A DNA stretch of 64,000 nucleotides from Limnothrix sp. BL-A-16 (GTDB taxonomy: Bacteria > Cyanobacteriota > Cyanobacteriia > CACIAM-69d), in the NCBI GenBank assembly GCA_041937175.2, contig CP166615.1:2816001-2880000 (forward strand), written 5' to 3'. The position numbers and the translations under genes were made by a program. The number at the start of each line of letters is the position of its first letter. Positions within the stretch are counted from its first letter, which is position 1. Shown here in pieces: positions 21,901 to 32,910 of the stretch. The notes under the pieces were generated by a model. It was given only the letters and a program-made list of their open reading frames with translations. It was not told where the DNA came from and ran no database searches.

Positions 21901-24414
21901 CCGATCGGAGAATAGATCTTCCAAGCCTTCGGAGCTGAGGGTGGATCGATCGATCCGAATGGCTTTGGCTCCATTCACGTCGTAGCTGAGGTCAGCCGCC
22001 TCATACACCGGCTCGGCCGGCTCCGCAGAAAGCGGCTCGTCCAGCAGGGTATCAATGTCTTGGATAAAGTTCTCGGCGGTTGAGGTTTCCGCATCCGGCA
22101 ACATCACATCCGGCGACTCCGCCAACAGATCCGCAAAGGGATCCACCTCCTCCAAGGGATTGGCATTCAAGATGCCATCCAAATCGAAGGGATCGAGGGC
22201 GGGCAAGTCGTCCAGAGACGGATCCACCAGGGCCGGCATGGCGGTGGTCGGCGCGAGATCCTCATCGGTCAGATCAACGGCGCTGAAGTCGCTCAGATTA
22301 TTGAAATCATCGGTCAGATCAACGGCGCTGAAGTCGCTCAGATTATTGAAATCGTTGAAGTCCAAATCAGGGGCGGAGTCCGACCAATGATCGTCCAGGT
22401 CGATCGCGGCCAAGTCGGGCAACTCCCCTGGCGACATATCCCCGAGATCCAACCCATCCCCCCAACGATCTGTGGTTGCTTCCGGGGCCGCTGCGGCTGC
22501 CACATCGAGATCGGCCAGGCCTGCATTGCCAAGGTCTAGGTCTGGATGGGCCAGGTCTACGTTGGCCAAGTCTGCTGCCCAAGCGTCCAGATCAGCCATG
22601 TCATCGATCGCCCCGATCTCCGGTAACGAATCGAGGGTCAGTTCTGGAGGCGCAATCTCACCCGTCAGACCATCGATCAGATCTAACCCCAGGTCTGAGC
22701 CGAAATTGCCACCGAGATCATCCAGATTCCCCAGCGCCGAATCAATCACCGTCGTCAAATCCGGGTCATCATCTCCCAATTTTTGGAGTTCATGGGGAAT
22801 CGGTTCGATCGCCGTGGGATTGCTGATCAGCTCCGTGGAGAAGGTCAGGTCACTGCTGGGCACCACCCGCAGGTCAGTGGGTTCCTCTTCCGCATCCAAG
22901 CCCAGATCAAACAGGTCATCCGAGGCGATCGGGTTGACTTCCGTGGCCGTTTCCACCGCATCCAGCAGCGCATCCAGATCATCATCACCAATGAGATCGA
23001 TCGCCCCCTCGCCTTGACCCGCATTCACCATCAGTCCATTGCCGGTCGATGGCTCGTCCCCAAAGGACAACAGGTCATCGATGGACTCTAACCCCATCTC
23101 CGCCATCGAATCGGTGGTGTCAATTTCATCCAGCAGATCGTAGCCCAGTGCATCCAGGGAACTGGTCAAGGCATCAGCATCCGCTGACGATTCCTCATGG
23201 GTAAATATCAAGTCCGACAGGTCATAGTCTGCGGCCGGGTTCAGGGGCAAGCCAACCGCCGACTCCGCACTTTGTCCCGGTAGATCAGCTTCCAAATCCT
23301 GGGAGCTTTGGCGAAACAAGTCCGCCAACACGTCCAATTCGGCCACGCCCACTTCCGGCCCCGTGCCCGGTTCTGCCCTGGGCCGTTCCACCCGACTGGT
23401 TTGGGTGGGTGATGGGGTGGGGCTTAAATCCAGCTCATCCATCCGGGTTACGACGGTGTTGCTGGTTTCCGTAAACCAATCTTGCTCAAAATCATCGCCC
23501 TGGCTGTGGGTGATGTCGGTAATTTCGGGCGCTAATTCGTCGTTGAGTAAGTCGTCGAAGTCAAACAGATCTGCATCTAGGCTGCTGGGGCTGGGGGCAA
23601 CCGGCTGGGGAACCAAAGCCCGTAACTCACTGCCCAAGCAGATTTCCTGGCTGCGATCGTCCAGAACCAGATCTTGAGCCTGCTTCAGGTCGCGAATGAT
23701 CGTGGGCGCTAGGGTTTTGTAGGAGTTGGTGGGGCAACCGATCGCCTGGCTGGCCGCATCCAGTAGCTCCACCCAACCGGTAATGCGGCTGCTTTTGCCT
23801 AAGTCAGACAAGCGCTGACACATCCATTGGAGCTGCGCGCGCTGCTGAGGACTATCCCCTTGGCGAAACAGATCCAACATTTCCCGTAACAGTTGGGGCA
23901 CCTGTTGCTGAAAAACCTGATGGGTGCGATCGGCCGCCCAGGCATCCTCACTTTGGGATGAGAGGGTACGATGCAGCACGCTGGGCATGTCCACTTCATG
24001 GACGGCAAGGCCCAAACGTTCCGCCAGGGCGTTAAACGCCGGCTCCGAATCCTGAAGCACGCGGTTGCCCACTTCGGTGGTCAGGCCAAAGGGGCCCTGG
24101 AGATGGTCGAGCAGTTCCACCAGGGTGTCAAAGGCCCGCAGGAAAAGGCTTTCCAACTCCCGATCGATATGGATCGGATGCTCTTTCAGGACTTTAAAAA
24201 AGTCTTCAATGCGGTGGGCGGCCTGTTGGATGCTCTCGAACTCCAACATGCCCGCGCCCCCCTTGATCGAGTGGGCCGCCCGAAAGACCTCATCCATTAG
24301 CTCCGGGTCTTCGATCGTCCCCTGCAAGTTCATGAGGCCTTGCTCGATGGTTGTGAGGTAGTCCTTGGCTTCCTCAATGAAATAACCGACGATGCGTTGC
24401 TGTTGATCTTGCAT
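18946..24414 (-). CDS. pilL: CheA-like hybrid histidine kinase (Hpt, long acidic linker, dimerisation, HATPase, CheW, REC); PilL/HmpE-type
   Basis: FRAAHSIKGGAGM (Hpt), NALVHGIE, DDGAGI, PGFST, GRGVGMDVV, CheW domain, C-terminal VDDSITVR/CDIEMPRMDG. Confidence 0.9.
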   Translation of the reverse strand: MQDQQQRIVGYFIEEAKDYLTTIEQGLMNLQGTIEDPELMDEVFRAAHSIKGGAGMLEFESIQQAAHRIEDFFKVLKEHPIHIDRELESLFLRAFDTLVELLDHLQGPFGLTTEVGNRVLQDSEPAFNALAERLGLAVHEVDMPSVLHRTLSSQSEDAWAADRTHQVFQQQVPQLLREMLDLFRQGDSPQQRAQLQWMCQRLSDLGKSSRITGWVELLDAASQAIGCPTNSYKTLAPTIIRDLKQAQDLVLDDRSQEICLGSELRALVPQPVAPSPSSLDADLFDFDDLLNDELAPEITDITHSQGDDFEQDWFTETSNTVVTRMDELDLSPTPSPTQTSRVERPRAEPGTGPEVGVAELDVLADLFRQSSQDLEADLPGQSAESAVGLPLNPAADYDLSDLIFTHEESSADADALTSSLDALGYDLLDEIDTTDSMAEMGLESIDDLLSFGDEPSTGNGLMVNAGQGEGAIDLIGDDDLDALLDAVETATEVNPIASDDLFDLGLDAEEEPTDLRVVPSSDLTFSTELISNPTAIEPIPHELQKLGDDDPDLTTVIDSALGNLDDLGGNFGSDLGLDLIDGLTGEIAPPELTLDSLPEIGAIDDMADLDAWAADLANVDLAHPDLDLGNAGLADLDVAAAAAPEATTDRWGDGLDLGDMSPGELPDLAAIDLDDHWSDSAPDLDFNDFNNLSDFSAVDLTDDFNNLSDFSAVDLTDEDLAPTTAMPALVDPSLDDLPALDPFDLDGILNANPLEEVDPFADLLAESPDVMLPDAETSTAENFIQDIDTLLDEPLSAEPAEPVYEAADLSYDVNGAKAIRIDRSTLSSEGLEDLFSDRRTTDLSGLEEDLDLAEAEADLAGANDDAAALWTPENFTEPPILSDLDALLAPAGASAPAPVLDDDWAALDDLDFGEAISLETIADGEAPDFLMGTADWSSPLDLGEPQEMASADRADDFDFGSLGDLNDLSGLGDLGTLGDFGNLGDLGLPVDAVDPLAGSDLEDLDALLGAPPTSEPMMDGLSGLGDLGDLDQLLNQELGSVPAGDSTLDDLLNALEGSAAPAPASQAASDADELDNLLKTLNRSTTAATNSPDRFEDLFGDAAAPATTPAPAGSTGGLDLDFDALVEILEAPAKAAPATSPSPAVSPARSVPTPVANGQREMEAAASRNLRAEQIIKVPVRNLDNLNNLVGEMVVNRNSMEQGQERLRQSLENLTQRVQQLGDVGQRMQDFYERSLLEMSLLSGRRGGSGGGHSDTHHSGESDTHGGRMGLGELELDRFTPFHTQSQEIIELIVRVRESASDIDFVVEQTDQLVRNLRQITTQIQENLNKSRMVTFARTVERLPRAVRSVSERCGKDVDLIIEGKETAIDEFLSQELSSPITHMINNALVHGIETPEARVAAGKPPTGKLTIRAFYQGNQTVISLSDDGAGINTERVKQKAIEKGLIDPNQARNMVRQEIYEMLFLPGFSTKDQADEFGGRGVGMDVVMRKIQELRGSISIDSELGRGTTFTIRLPLNLSICKALRCLSDHATIAFPMDGVEDTPPDIHPEDVQTDKEGRRCIAWRDRILTLHPLTELLKYNRHLSRGNIYGGNQEDDSLAIVVLRSAGEFIAIEVDRVLGEQEIVIKQPEGPVPKPLGIAGMTVLGDGRVMPIADVLELIDLAKGRIRRDTVSGRWESDNIHIVEPPTEQKDPMVLIVDDSITVRELLKMTFQKAGYQVEQARDGQEAWEKLRSGLPCDLVFCDIEMPRMDGLQLLQRLQTEETLCELPVAMLTSRGADKHRKMAVDLGAKGYFTKPYLEEALLDAARRMLRGEVLITTSA
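22262..22353. repeat. perfect in-frame 45-bp tandem duplication inside the CheA-like gene
   Basis: TCATCGGTCAGATCAACGGCGCTGAAGTCGCTCAGATTATTGAAA twice; encodes DFNNLSDFSAVDLTD twice. Confidence 0.9.
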
Positions 24415-24661
24415 GGAACATAGCCTCCGAAGCGTTTGCCCGCATGATCAAGGGCACTGCCAGCCAACTCGATGCGGATTTGGGGCGAATCAAAAGATGG
24501 ATCGACAAAGGGTTGCTTGCGATTCAACCTCGCCCGTGGGACGAGCCGCTGAATCTGTCAAGCCGTAACAATGACTTCAGAATTCAGCATGGAATCTCCA
24601 GCTTGGAATCTACTGTACTCGATCCATTTCAGATCAGCTTCTGCTGGGTTAACCCTGCTGG

Positions 24662-27600
24662 CTACTGATTGCTGCTGTCAACCCGGAAACGCTCCACGGA
24701 GGAGAGCAGATCGCCCGCCACTCGCACCAGAATTTGCAGGGACTCGGACACCCGCTGCGATTCCTGGGAGGTGTCTTGGGCGGTCTTTTCAACCGATCGA
24801 ACCACTTGGGCCACGGAGCGGGAGGTGTCCGTTTGCTCCACGGTGTCCGCCGTAATCGATCGCACCAGCACATCAATCCGGTTCGACACTTGAATGATGT
24901 CATCGAGTGCGCGCTTGGCCTGTTCCGCCAGCTTCGTTCCTTCCAACACCTGTTGTGTGCCGTCTTCCATCGCTCGCATCACCAAGTTGGTTTCACTTTG
25001 GATTTGCATCACGATCTTTTCAATTTCCTTGGAGGCTTTGGCGGCGCGATCGGCCAACTGTCGCACTTCATCCGCCACGATGGCAAAGCCCTTGCCCGCT
25101 TCGCCAGCCCTGGCCGCTTCGATACTGGCGTTGAGGGCGAGCAGGTTGGTACGGGAGGCGATCGTGGCAATCAAGGCCACAATCTTGGAAATTTCCTGGG
25201 TAGATTCCGCCAGTCGTTTCACCTTGCGAGCGGTTTCGGCCACCGTTTCTCGAATTTGCAAAATCCCGGCCACGGTGCGTTCCACCGCTTCGCCCCCCTT
25301 CAAAGCGGTTGCGGAGGCGGAACGGGCCACTTCCTCGGCTTCGCGAGCACTTTCGGCCACCCGCTGAATCGAGTCGGTCATCACCTGCACAGAGTTGAGG
25401 GTCACGGCCAACTCTTCCGCCTGCCGCAGCGCATCGGAAGAAAGTGATCGGGCAAAGGACTCGTTTTCCGAGGAGCGCTTGTTCACCTGCAAAGCGGCCG
25501 TTTTCACCTGCTGCACAATTTCTCGCAGGTTTTGAATGGTCAGGTTGAACGAGTCGGCCACGGCACCCAACACGTCGGCGGTCACTTCCGCCTGAACCGT
25601 CAGGTCGCCTCGGGCAGCCCCTTCCACGTCGTCCAGCAGCCGAATCACTTGCCGCTGGAGATCTTCGCGAGCCTGCTCCTGCTCTTGGGCTTTGCGCTGG
25701 GCCTCGCCCATGGTGCTCAAAATCACCCGGGTCATTTGGTTAAAGGAGTTGGCCAGTTCCCCAAATTCATCGTCCCCAAAAACCCGAGCCGTGGCATGGA
25801 GACTGCCTTGGCAAACGGAATCCAACTGGGCTTGCAAATCGCCCGTGGCTCGCTCCACATGCTGGGCCGTGCGACGGCCCAGGAACAGGGCCACCCCGCC
25901 TCCGGTGGCTCCCGCCAACAGGGAGGAAACCAGGCCGATGGTGCGAATGTCGCCCATCAGTTGCGGACTGATGCCCCGATCGCGCACATGGGTCATGGTC
26001 AAGTGCGTGGTGCCCGCCACGGCCAGGAATGACACAATCCCAGCCATCACCGCCGTAACGGTTTGTTTGGTTGTCAGGCGGGCATTGTCGAAGGAAGCCA
26101 GCCAACCATCTTCGGATGGGGTGACCGGTTCGGCGGCGCGGCTTTCGGGCTGGTCAAAGCTCAGCAGTTCTTCGTTGTTGGAACTGGTGGCGATGTTGAA
26201 GACTTCGTTATCCCCCCCGACAAAGTTGGAGAGGGGTTCTCCCATCACGCCCAAGGAGGGTTCCCCAAGGGAAAACTCGTCGCCACCGTCCGATCGCGGC
26301 ACGAATTCTGAGGAGGTGTTGGTCAAGCTGAAGTCCGGTAGGCTGCCGAGGTCGTCGAATTCATCGAAGTCATCCATGAAGTCGCTGGCGGCGGCGGCTC
26401 CGTCATCCGCGATCGCGGACAGGGCCCCGGAGGCCGGATCATCCACCGATCGAGCAGGGCTGGTGAAAGCCATGCCCGGGGCCCCGTTGATCATGTCGAG
26501 GGGGAACGCATCATCATCGGACTCCGGCTCCATGACCGGCGGTTCATTGAAGATGCCAAAATCGCCTGCCTCGTTGTCTTCCGGCTCGATCGCCCCCAAG
26601 GCTGGCTCTGACGGTGCATCCCAGGAGCCGCCCCCAAAGGCTGTGGCACTCAAGTCTCCAGGGTTGAACTCATTGAACTCATCCGGGTTGAACTCTGCCC
26701 CGTTGAAGTTCCCACTACCAAATTCAGCCAAGTCTTGGGCTGTGGCTCCCTGAAGGGTACTGGGCCCCGCCATCATAAACAGGGTCTCTTCCACCTCATC
26801 ATCGATCGAGAAGGATCCCTCGATCGGGGCCGCAAAAGGCAACTCAATTCTGGCCGCTGGTTCCTTAACCGCTGCTGGTTCCTGCGTTCCGGCCGGCGGG
26901 GGCATGAAGAGTGTGCGATCGTCGTCGGCACTGTCCCCCACAAACACGCCAAAGGGTTCATCAAAAGCATTCGCGCCCGCCAGCGGCCCAGCAACGGCCG
27001 GAGCCGCTGGCTCTGAGAAATCGCCAAAGCCGTCCCCAAACGCCTCGGAGCCAAAGGGATTTTCGGCCCCTGCGGCAACCTCAGCGCCACCAAAATCAGT
27101 GCCACCAAAATCAAAGTCAGCCCCAGCGGCCATGGGTTGACTCGCTAGCCCATCCGCATCAAACACGCCAAATCCAAAATCTTCAGGGGCGGATGATTCA
27201 GAGGCTGCCGGTGCTGCCCAGTCTTCTGCAAAGGCCGCCGCAGCCGGAGCGGCCGGGGTTTCGAGGTCAAAGCCCTCAAAGTCACCGAAGCCATCGACCG
27301 CCAAGTCATTGGTCTCCGTCGAATCGGCAAAATTAGGCGGCTCAAAGCTGGCCTCAAAGGGCGCTGCGGGAGATGCTGCCCCAAAATCACCAAAATCTTC
27401 AATGGGATCAGCATCCAAGTCCCCAAAAACCGGAGCTTCAGAGGGGGATGCGGCAAAGTCTTCTGAGCCAGCCTCTCCAAAGCCCGCCGACTCATCAAAG
27501 CCGGCCGACTCGCCGAAGTCGAGGTCAGCCAACGCGGCTCCAAATTGATCTGCTCCAAACTGATCACCATCGGCCGTGTCACCGGGCAAATCGCTCGCGA

Positions 27601-28675
27601 AGTCATCGGCCCCAAAGGCTGATGCGGCCAGGGGATCCGCCCCACTGGTTGCCCCAAAGTCAGCCTGAGCTAAGTCAAAGGACTGATCACCAAAATCCAT
27701 GCTGGCCCCAAAAGCATCATCGCTATTGGGCGATACCGATGCTGCAAAGGGATCCGCCTCGAAGCGATCGGGCAGCCCCAAATCTGGTGTTGGCGAGGGT
27801 GTGGATCCTTCGCTCCCCCCAAAGGGATCGATCAGGAAGGGATCCGCTGCCGGATCTGAGGGGGTGGCTGGTTCCGGAGAACCCAACGCAGCAAAGGGAT
27901 CATCGCTCCCTCCTAGGTCAGCGCCTAGGGCGATCGCCCCGGGGTCTGCGCTCAAGTCCATTCCTGAGTCCGTGCCAAAGTCAAAGTTATCAAAGCTGTT
28001 GAGGTCATTGGAATCGCTGCCCGTGGATCCATCCCCGAGATCCAGCGCGCCCAAGTTGCCTAAATCGGCGCTCCCAAAATCCGCATCTTCAAAGTTGACA
28101 CTCCCGAAGTCTGCACTACCAAACTCCGCGTTGCCAAAATCACCGCTCTCTAGATCAGCATTGGCAAAGTCCGCGTCACTTTCCAGGTCACCCAGGGCTT
28201 CGGCCATGGTGCTGTTGCCGGCCAGCAGACCCGTTTCCGTGCCCTGGGGGTCACTCATCAATTCATCAAAATTGAAGTCCCCATCATCAATCAACGGTTG
28301 ATCGGCTAGATGGGTGTTGCCGCTATTGGTGGTGGTTTCCTGATCGCCGAAGTCGAATTGGTCAAAGTTAGGAGTTTCGTCATAACCATGACCGGCGCTC
28401 AGGGCCTGGTTGGTGGCGGCTAACCCTGAATGGGCGTATTCCACAAAGGTGGGGTCGCTGGTCAGGCTGAGCACGGACTGGTATTCCACCTGGGCCGTGT
28501 CGTATTGGTTTAGGCCATAGCAGTAGATGTGGCCTCGGAGTAAGCGAACGCTGGGATCATCGGGATAGGCCTGGGCAAGCCGATCGATCGCGGCGGCAGC
28601 TTCGGGGTAATTACCGCTGGTGTAGGCATCATTGGCCCGCTGGTAATCCTGGTTGTAATCCGTGCTGGATGCCAT
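24662..28675 (-). CDS. pilJ: methyl-accepting chemotaxis protein with N-terminal TPR and long acidic region; PilJ/HmpD-type
   Basis: N-terminal TPR-like helices, 2 TM, HAMP ([13 protein letters not shown]), MCP core [34 protein letters not shown]. Confidence 0.9.
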   Translation of the reverse strand: MASSTDYNQDYQRANDAYTSGNYPEAAAAIDRLAQAYPDDPSVRLLRGHIYCYGLNQYDTAQVEYQSVLSLTSDPTFVEYAHSGLAATNQALSAGHGYDETPNFDQFDFGDQETTTNSGNTHLADQPLIDDGDFNFDELMSDPQGTETGLLAGNSTMAEALGDLESDADFANADLESGDFGNAEFGSADFGSVNFEDADFGSADLGNLGALDLGDGSTGSDSNDLNSFDNFDFGTDSGMDLSADPGAIALGADLGGSDDPFAALGSPEPATPSDPAADPFLIDPFGGSEGSTPSPTPDLGLPDRFEADPFAASVSPNSDDAFGASMDFGDQSFDLAQADFGATSGADPLAASAFGADDFASDLPGDTADGDQFGADQFGAALADLDFGESAGFDESAGFGEAGSEDFAASPSEAPVFGDLDADPIEDFGDFGAASPAAPFEASFEPPNFADSTETNDLAVDGFGDFEGFDLETPAAPAAAAFAEDWAAPAASESSAPEDFGFGVFDADGLASQPMAAGADFDFGGTDFGGAEVAAGAENPFGSEAFGDGFGDFSEPAAPAVAGPLAGANAFDEPFGVFVGDSADDDRTLFMPPPAGTQEPAAVKEPAARIELPFAAPIEGSFSIDDEVEETLFMMAGPSTLQGATAQDLAEFGSGNFNGAEFNPDEFNEFNPGDLSATAFGGGSWDAPSEPALGAIEPEDNEAGDFGIFNEPPVMEPESDDDAFPLDMINGAPGMAFTSPARSVDDPASGALSAIADDGAAAASDFMDDFDEFDDLGSLPDFSLTNTSSEFVPRSDGGDEFSLGEPSLGVMGEPLSNFVGGDNEVFNIATSSNNEELLSFDQPESRAAEPVTPSEDGWLASFDNARLTTKQTVTAVMAGIVSFLAVAGTTHLTMTHVRDRGISPQLMGDIRTIGLVSSLLAGATGGGVALFLGRRTAQHVERATGDLQAQLDSVCQGSLHATARVFGDDEFGELANSFNQMTRVILSTMGEAQRKAQEQEQAREDLQRQVIRLLDDVEGAARGDLTVQAEVTADVLGAVADSFNLTIQNLREIVQQVKTAALQVNKRSSENESFARSLSSDALRQAEELAVTLNSVQVMTDSIQRVAESAREAEEVARSASATALKGGEAVERTVAGILQIRETVAETARKVKRLAESTQEISKIVALIATIASRTNLLALNASIEAARAGEAGKGFAIVADEVRQLADRAAKASKEIEKIVMQIQSETNLVMRAMEDGTQQVLEGTKLAEQAKRALDDIIQVSNRIDVLVRSITADTVEQTDTSRSVAQVVRSVEKTAQDTSQESQRVSESLQILVRVAGDLLSSVERFRVDSSNQ

Positions 28676-28803
28676 TGACCTTCTCCGGGACGATCGAACT
28701 CTGGCGCGTTTAGAAAATTGCGGCTTGGGGCGCGTGGGGCCGCTTGTAACAATTGGGCAAGTCAGGTACGAGCATAGCCGCCCATCGTACTTCGATGCTA
28801 CTC

Positions 28804-29340
28804 CTATCCTGCGGATTGACCCAGGCGGTTAGACCGCAAAATGGCCACATGATCCAGTAGTTGCAGAATTCGATTGTTACTCAATCGCCACTCTCCGCGC
28901 AAAAATTCCCCGATCGGATCATTCACGCTACTCAAGGCTTCCACATTGTCCGGCTTGAGCCAATACATACCCGCCACTCGGGCCACTGCCAAGCCAAGCA
29001 TCATATCCCCTTCCTCGATCGCAATCACCGGCACCTCCGCCCGATCGGTATTCAGCGGGATGGTTTCCCCCAAAAACTGCCCCAGATCCACCACCCAAAT
29101 CACCTGCCCCCGAATATTCAAGGTTCCTAACAGCAGGGGAGACACGTTCGGCACAGGCGTGATTCGATCGGGAGAAGGTTCACTCACCTCGCGAATAATG
29201 ACCGCTGGCAATGCCAATTCCCGGCCCGAGGGTAGGTAAAACCGCAGGTGCATCTCACCTTCAGGATTTTCTAGCTCCTGAAGTTCCGGCGACTGATCAT
29301 CCACACCTCCGCCGGCCAAAAAATCTGGACTTCCGACCAC
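28804..29340 (-). CDS. pilI: CheW-like protein; PilI/HmpC-type
   Basis: [32 protein letters not shown]; position in cluster. Confidence 0.9.
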   Translation of the reverse strand: MVGSPDFLAGGGVDDQSPELQELENPEGEMHLRFYLPSGRELALPAVIIREVSEPSPDRITPVPNVSPLLLGTLNIRGQVIWVVDLGQFLGETIPLNTDRAEVPVIAIEEGDMMLGLAVARVAGMYWLKPDNVEALSSVNDPIGEFLRGEWRLSNNRILQLLDHVAILRSNRLGQSAG

Positions 29341-29595
29341 AGCGCTTTCCTCTGGCTCCGTAACAGACTGAAGGGCAACTGCTACCCCACAATTACGTTA
29401 CGCCATGCATTCACGATCGCACCCGATCTTTCAGGCAGTCATCACCCCGCTGGGGGCAAAGAGCCAGATTTGGATCTAGCCCAACTGCGCAATTGCCGTC
29501 AAATCACCGTTCAATTGTCGCTAATTTCGCGAAACCACGCCTATCCTGCCAGATCGGCGCAAATTTCCTCAATTAGAAGCCAATTTTCTCAATTC

Positions 29596-29651
29596 CAGAT
29601 CATCAAATTCAGATCACCAAATTCAGATCACTGAACCCAGATCACCAAATC
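29596..29651. repeat. short tandem repeat, 14-bp unit CAGATCACCAAATT, 4 imperfect copies
   Basis: cagatcatcaaatt cagatcaccaaatt cagatcactgaacc cagatcaccaaatc. Confidence 0.7.
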
Positions 29652-29676
29652 CCAACCTTTGCTAAACCTTTGCTAA

Positions 29677-30042
29677 TCAGCCGCGTAATAATTGCTTCAC
29701 TGTTCCCACCAACTCTTGAGGCTGAAAGGGCTTAGCAATGTAGGCATCTGCGCCTTGTCTCAGGCCCCAGTAGCGATCGAACTCTTCCCCTTTCGAGGAA
29801 CACATCACCACTGGCACGTCCTGCGTTGTGGGATCCGATTTCAAGCGACGACAAACTTCGTAGCCATTCATGCGGGGCATCACAATATCCAAAACGACCA
29901 GATCTGGACGCTGCTTTTGCAAACTTTCCAGCGCCTCAACACCATCGGATGCCATGTTGACGGTCAGCCCACTGCCCTGCAAGAGCTCGCCGATCATCTC
30001 TCGCTGGGCGACGCTGTCTTCGACAACTAACACTACACTCAT
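29677..30042 (-). CDS. pilH: single-domain CheY-like response regulator; PilH/HmpB-type
   Basis: VLVVEDS, LDIVMPRMNGYEVCR, DRYWGLRQGADAYIAKPF. Confidence 0.92.
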   Translation of the reverse strand: MSVVLVVEDSVAQREMIGELLQGSGLTVNMASDGVEALESLQKQRPDLVVLDIVMPRMNGYEVCRRLKSDPTTQDVPVVMCSSKGEEFDRYWGLRQGADAYIAKPFQPQELVGTVKQLLRG

Positions 30043-30845
30043 GGCTATCTTTCTCGTTTCACTCTGCCTGCCAAGGGGGTCAATCGGGGCGCATGGGGTT
30101 CATGACGCAGCGGTGGCTCGTCACCCAAACTCTTGCATTACCGGTCATCGGAACGGGCAATGATTTATCCCAGACGCGATCGGCGCTGCTCTTACTTGAA
30201 CCATCCTGATCCTGCCAGCTTTAGGGTTCCCAAATCCCTGGCAGCCAACGGACATGGCTACCGGTGAATTGAGGCACGCGAGAATTTAACGACTAGGAGA
30301 TAGGGAGTGGGTGCGAACCAGCAATCAGGTTATTACCGGCGATCAATGGCTTGGGGGCAATTGCTCTGTTTTCGGCAGGATTGCCGTTGACAAGATCGGC
30401 TGATAGAGCTGTGGTGCTGGCGTATGGGCGGGCATAAACCTCACCCATGTCAAGCAATCACGGCTGGTGTTGACTAAGAACACTCAGACCCTGGCAAAAT
30501 GCCGCTATGCAAGTGCGATGGCTGGCAATGATTATAGCGTCGTGATGGGCGGGCCACGTCTTTTTGCGGGTGGTTGTCACCCACGGAAATCGCAGACCTG
30601 CGCCTGAATGCTAGCAGGAACTGACAGCTCGCGCACCCGATTCTCGACCCGAGTTGGGGCTAACCCGGTTGCGCAAGCGTAAACGATGGTTGGGTTGTTT
30701 TTCAACTTTTCCGGCAATCTTTGGGCAATCTTTAGGCAACGCTCTGGCCATTTGACATCCCGTTGGGGCTGGGCGATCGCCCGTTTAGGTTTCCCCGAGA
30801 AAGGCCCTAGCCCGGCGCTAATTTAAGTCGAATTGGGCGCTTTTG

Positions 30846-32072
30846 TTAGGGTACGGGGAGAGATTCCACCGTAGGCAGTGCTAGATCGCTTATTTCTTCC
30901 TCAGGGACTGGCTCCAGACGACCAGAGCCGATATATCGCTCAATTAAGGCTTTTAATTCCTGGCGTTTGAAGGGCTTGGTCAGGTAGTCAGTTGCGCCAG
31001 CCAAGCGGGCTTGGGTGCGATCGAGAAACCCCTCCCGTCCCGTGATCATGATGATGGGCACATGCCGAAACAAGCGAGTCTGTCGCAACATGGCGCATAG
31101 CTCATAGCCATCCAGATGGGGCATGGCAATATCGCAGAGGATCAAATCTGGTCGCAGCTCAAACACCTGGCTAATCGCTTCTAGGGCACTGAGAAAGCCC
31201 ACCACGTCATAGCCCAGCAACTGCAACCCCTGCTCGATCGCGCGGCAAACGGCTGGGCTATCTTCAATGCAAACAATTCTCGGTGCTCGCGGGTTGGGAT
31301 CCTGAACGGTCATGACCTGATGCCAGCGCGATCGGGCGGCCGAATGCTCCAAGGGCGGCTCAATCAGTTGCACCAACCCCTCCTGGATGTAGGGATAAAG
31401 CGCCTGGGCCACGGCCAGGAGCGGCCGCTGGCGATAGCGAGCAATTTGGCGCAGGGTGATTGACCCGGTGGCCCACTCGCTAAAGGTTTGGAGGGTTTGG
31501 GCCGGCAACACTTCTCGCAATCGCTGAACATCCGTCAACACGGGGCATAGATCTGGCGATTGCACATAGGGATAGAGTTGTTTCCAGTCCTGCAATTCCT
31601 GGGCCACTTGGGAAATCAGCGGGCTAACGGCCAAGCTGGTTAAGTGGGGCGCGATCGCCTCACCCATATTAAAAATGAACCGCCCCTCATGCACCGTCAG
31701 CAAATCAAACAGGGCCTCATGCACCATTGCCTGGAGGATATTGCGGCCCTGCACCGGTTCCAGTTGGTGGGTTTCCAGTAATGCCCAAAGATATCCATAT
31801 TCCGGCTCGCTGATGGAAGCCATTTTGGAAACCGACAGCTCATCAATGGCCGTTTCCAAGGCGTAGCGATGGAGATAATCCCGAAGGCGGGTTGTGCCCC
31901 CTTCCCCGGAGGTGCAGTAAACAATCGCCCCTTGGCGAAAGAAGACGAACCAACTGCGGCGATCGCCTGGGTGAGTGCCTTCAACTTCTAAATACAATTC
32001 GCCCGTGCGCTGGCCTAACTCAATCAGGTGCAGGAGGCTGCGGATATCAATCTCGCTGAGCTGTCCTTGCAT
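30846..32072 (-). CDS. pilG: PatA-type response regulator (PATAN plus REC); PilG-type
   Basis: MQGQLSEIDIRSLLHLIELGQRTGEL (PATAN/DUF4388 start); C-terminal CDIAMPHLDGYELC and YLTKPF. Confidence 0.88.
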   Translation of the reverse strand: MQGQLSEIDIRSLLHLIELGQRTGELYLEVEGTHPGDRRSWFVFFRQGAIVYCTSGEGGTTRLRDYLHRYALETAIDELSVSKMASISEPEYGYLWALLETHQLEPVQGRNILQAMVHEALFDLLTVHEGRFIFNMGEAIAPHLTSLAVSPLISQVAQELQDWKQLYPYVQSPDLCPVLTDVQRLREVLPAQTLQTFSEWATGSITLRQIARYRQRPLLAVAQALYPYIQEGLVQLIEPPLEHSAARSRWHQVMTVQDPNPRAPRIVCIEDSPAVCRAIEQGLQLLGYDVVGFLSALEAISQVFELRPDLILCDIAMPHLDGYELCAMLRQTRLFRHVPIIMITGREGFLDRTQARLAGATDYLTKPFKRQELKALIERYIGSGRLEPVPEEEISDLALPTVESLPVP

Positions 32073-32910
32073 AGGGCTGTCCTGGCACGGGGATAGGGGG
32101 GAGTGGGGTTGCCCAGTCCTGGCTCCATGCTATCGCGATCGATCAATCCCGAATGGCTCGATCGCAACTTTTTCAAGCTCGATTTTTAAATACATTTTGT
32201 CTAATACATTTTGTATAGTAGGGCGGTTGCCCAAGCAACCCGGCGCATCTACTCCAGCAGCGATTCAATCCAGCAGCGATTCAACCCCGGGCTAGTTTTG
32301 AATCTCAACAACGCCAGCCAACCCACCCTAAGCAACCGCAGGGAGCTGGCAGAACTTCACCCCCAGCGGGCTGCTGGCCGGAAAATAGAAGATTGTCCCT
32401 CTCAGATGGCTTCTGGCTGCGTTTGATAAAATCAGCATGGTTTAACCTCTCTGCTCATCTTGCAGCGATCTCTCAGCCCTAGCGCTGTGAAACCGAGTCT
32501 GAAGGCCAAGAGCGGGAAAAATCAGCAATCAATGGGCAGTCTGACCGAAAAACAGGCCCCTTTTGCAGCACCGGAGAGTAAAACGCCCGGCTCGCGATCG
32601 CGAATCGGTGATTTGAAATCCAATGGGTCAAGCTGACGTGCCGATCACCCCAGTTTCTTGGCCGGTCACGGTCAATGGCTGGTTACGGTCAACGCAGCAT
32701 CAACCCGTGGTCTAATCGAGCAAATAGGGTTGCTCGGCTGGGGCCAAAATCCCCTTGCCCCTGGGCAGGGAAAAGTGTCAATCTCACAGTGGCAACCAAG
32801 TCACGTCTTCATAAGTTGCGTCCTTAAAAAAGCTGCATCTTGAAAGACGGTGGCCAACGCCATCATCCGTAGCGCGAAGATCTCACTGAACGAACGAGGG
32901 GAAGGGCAGC

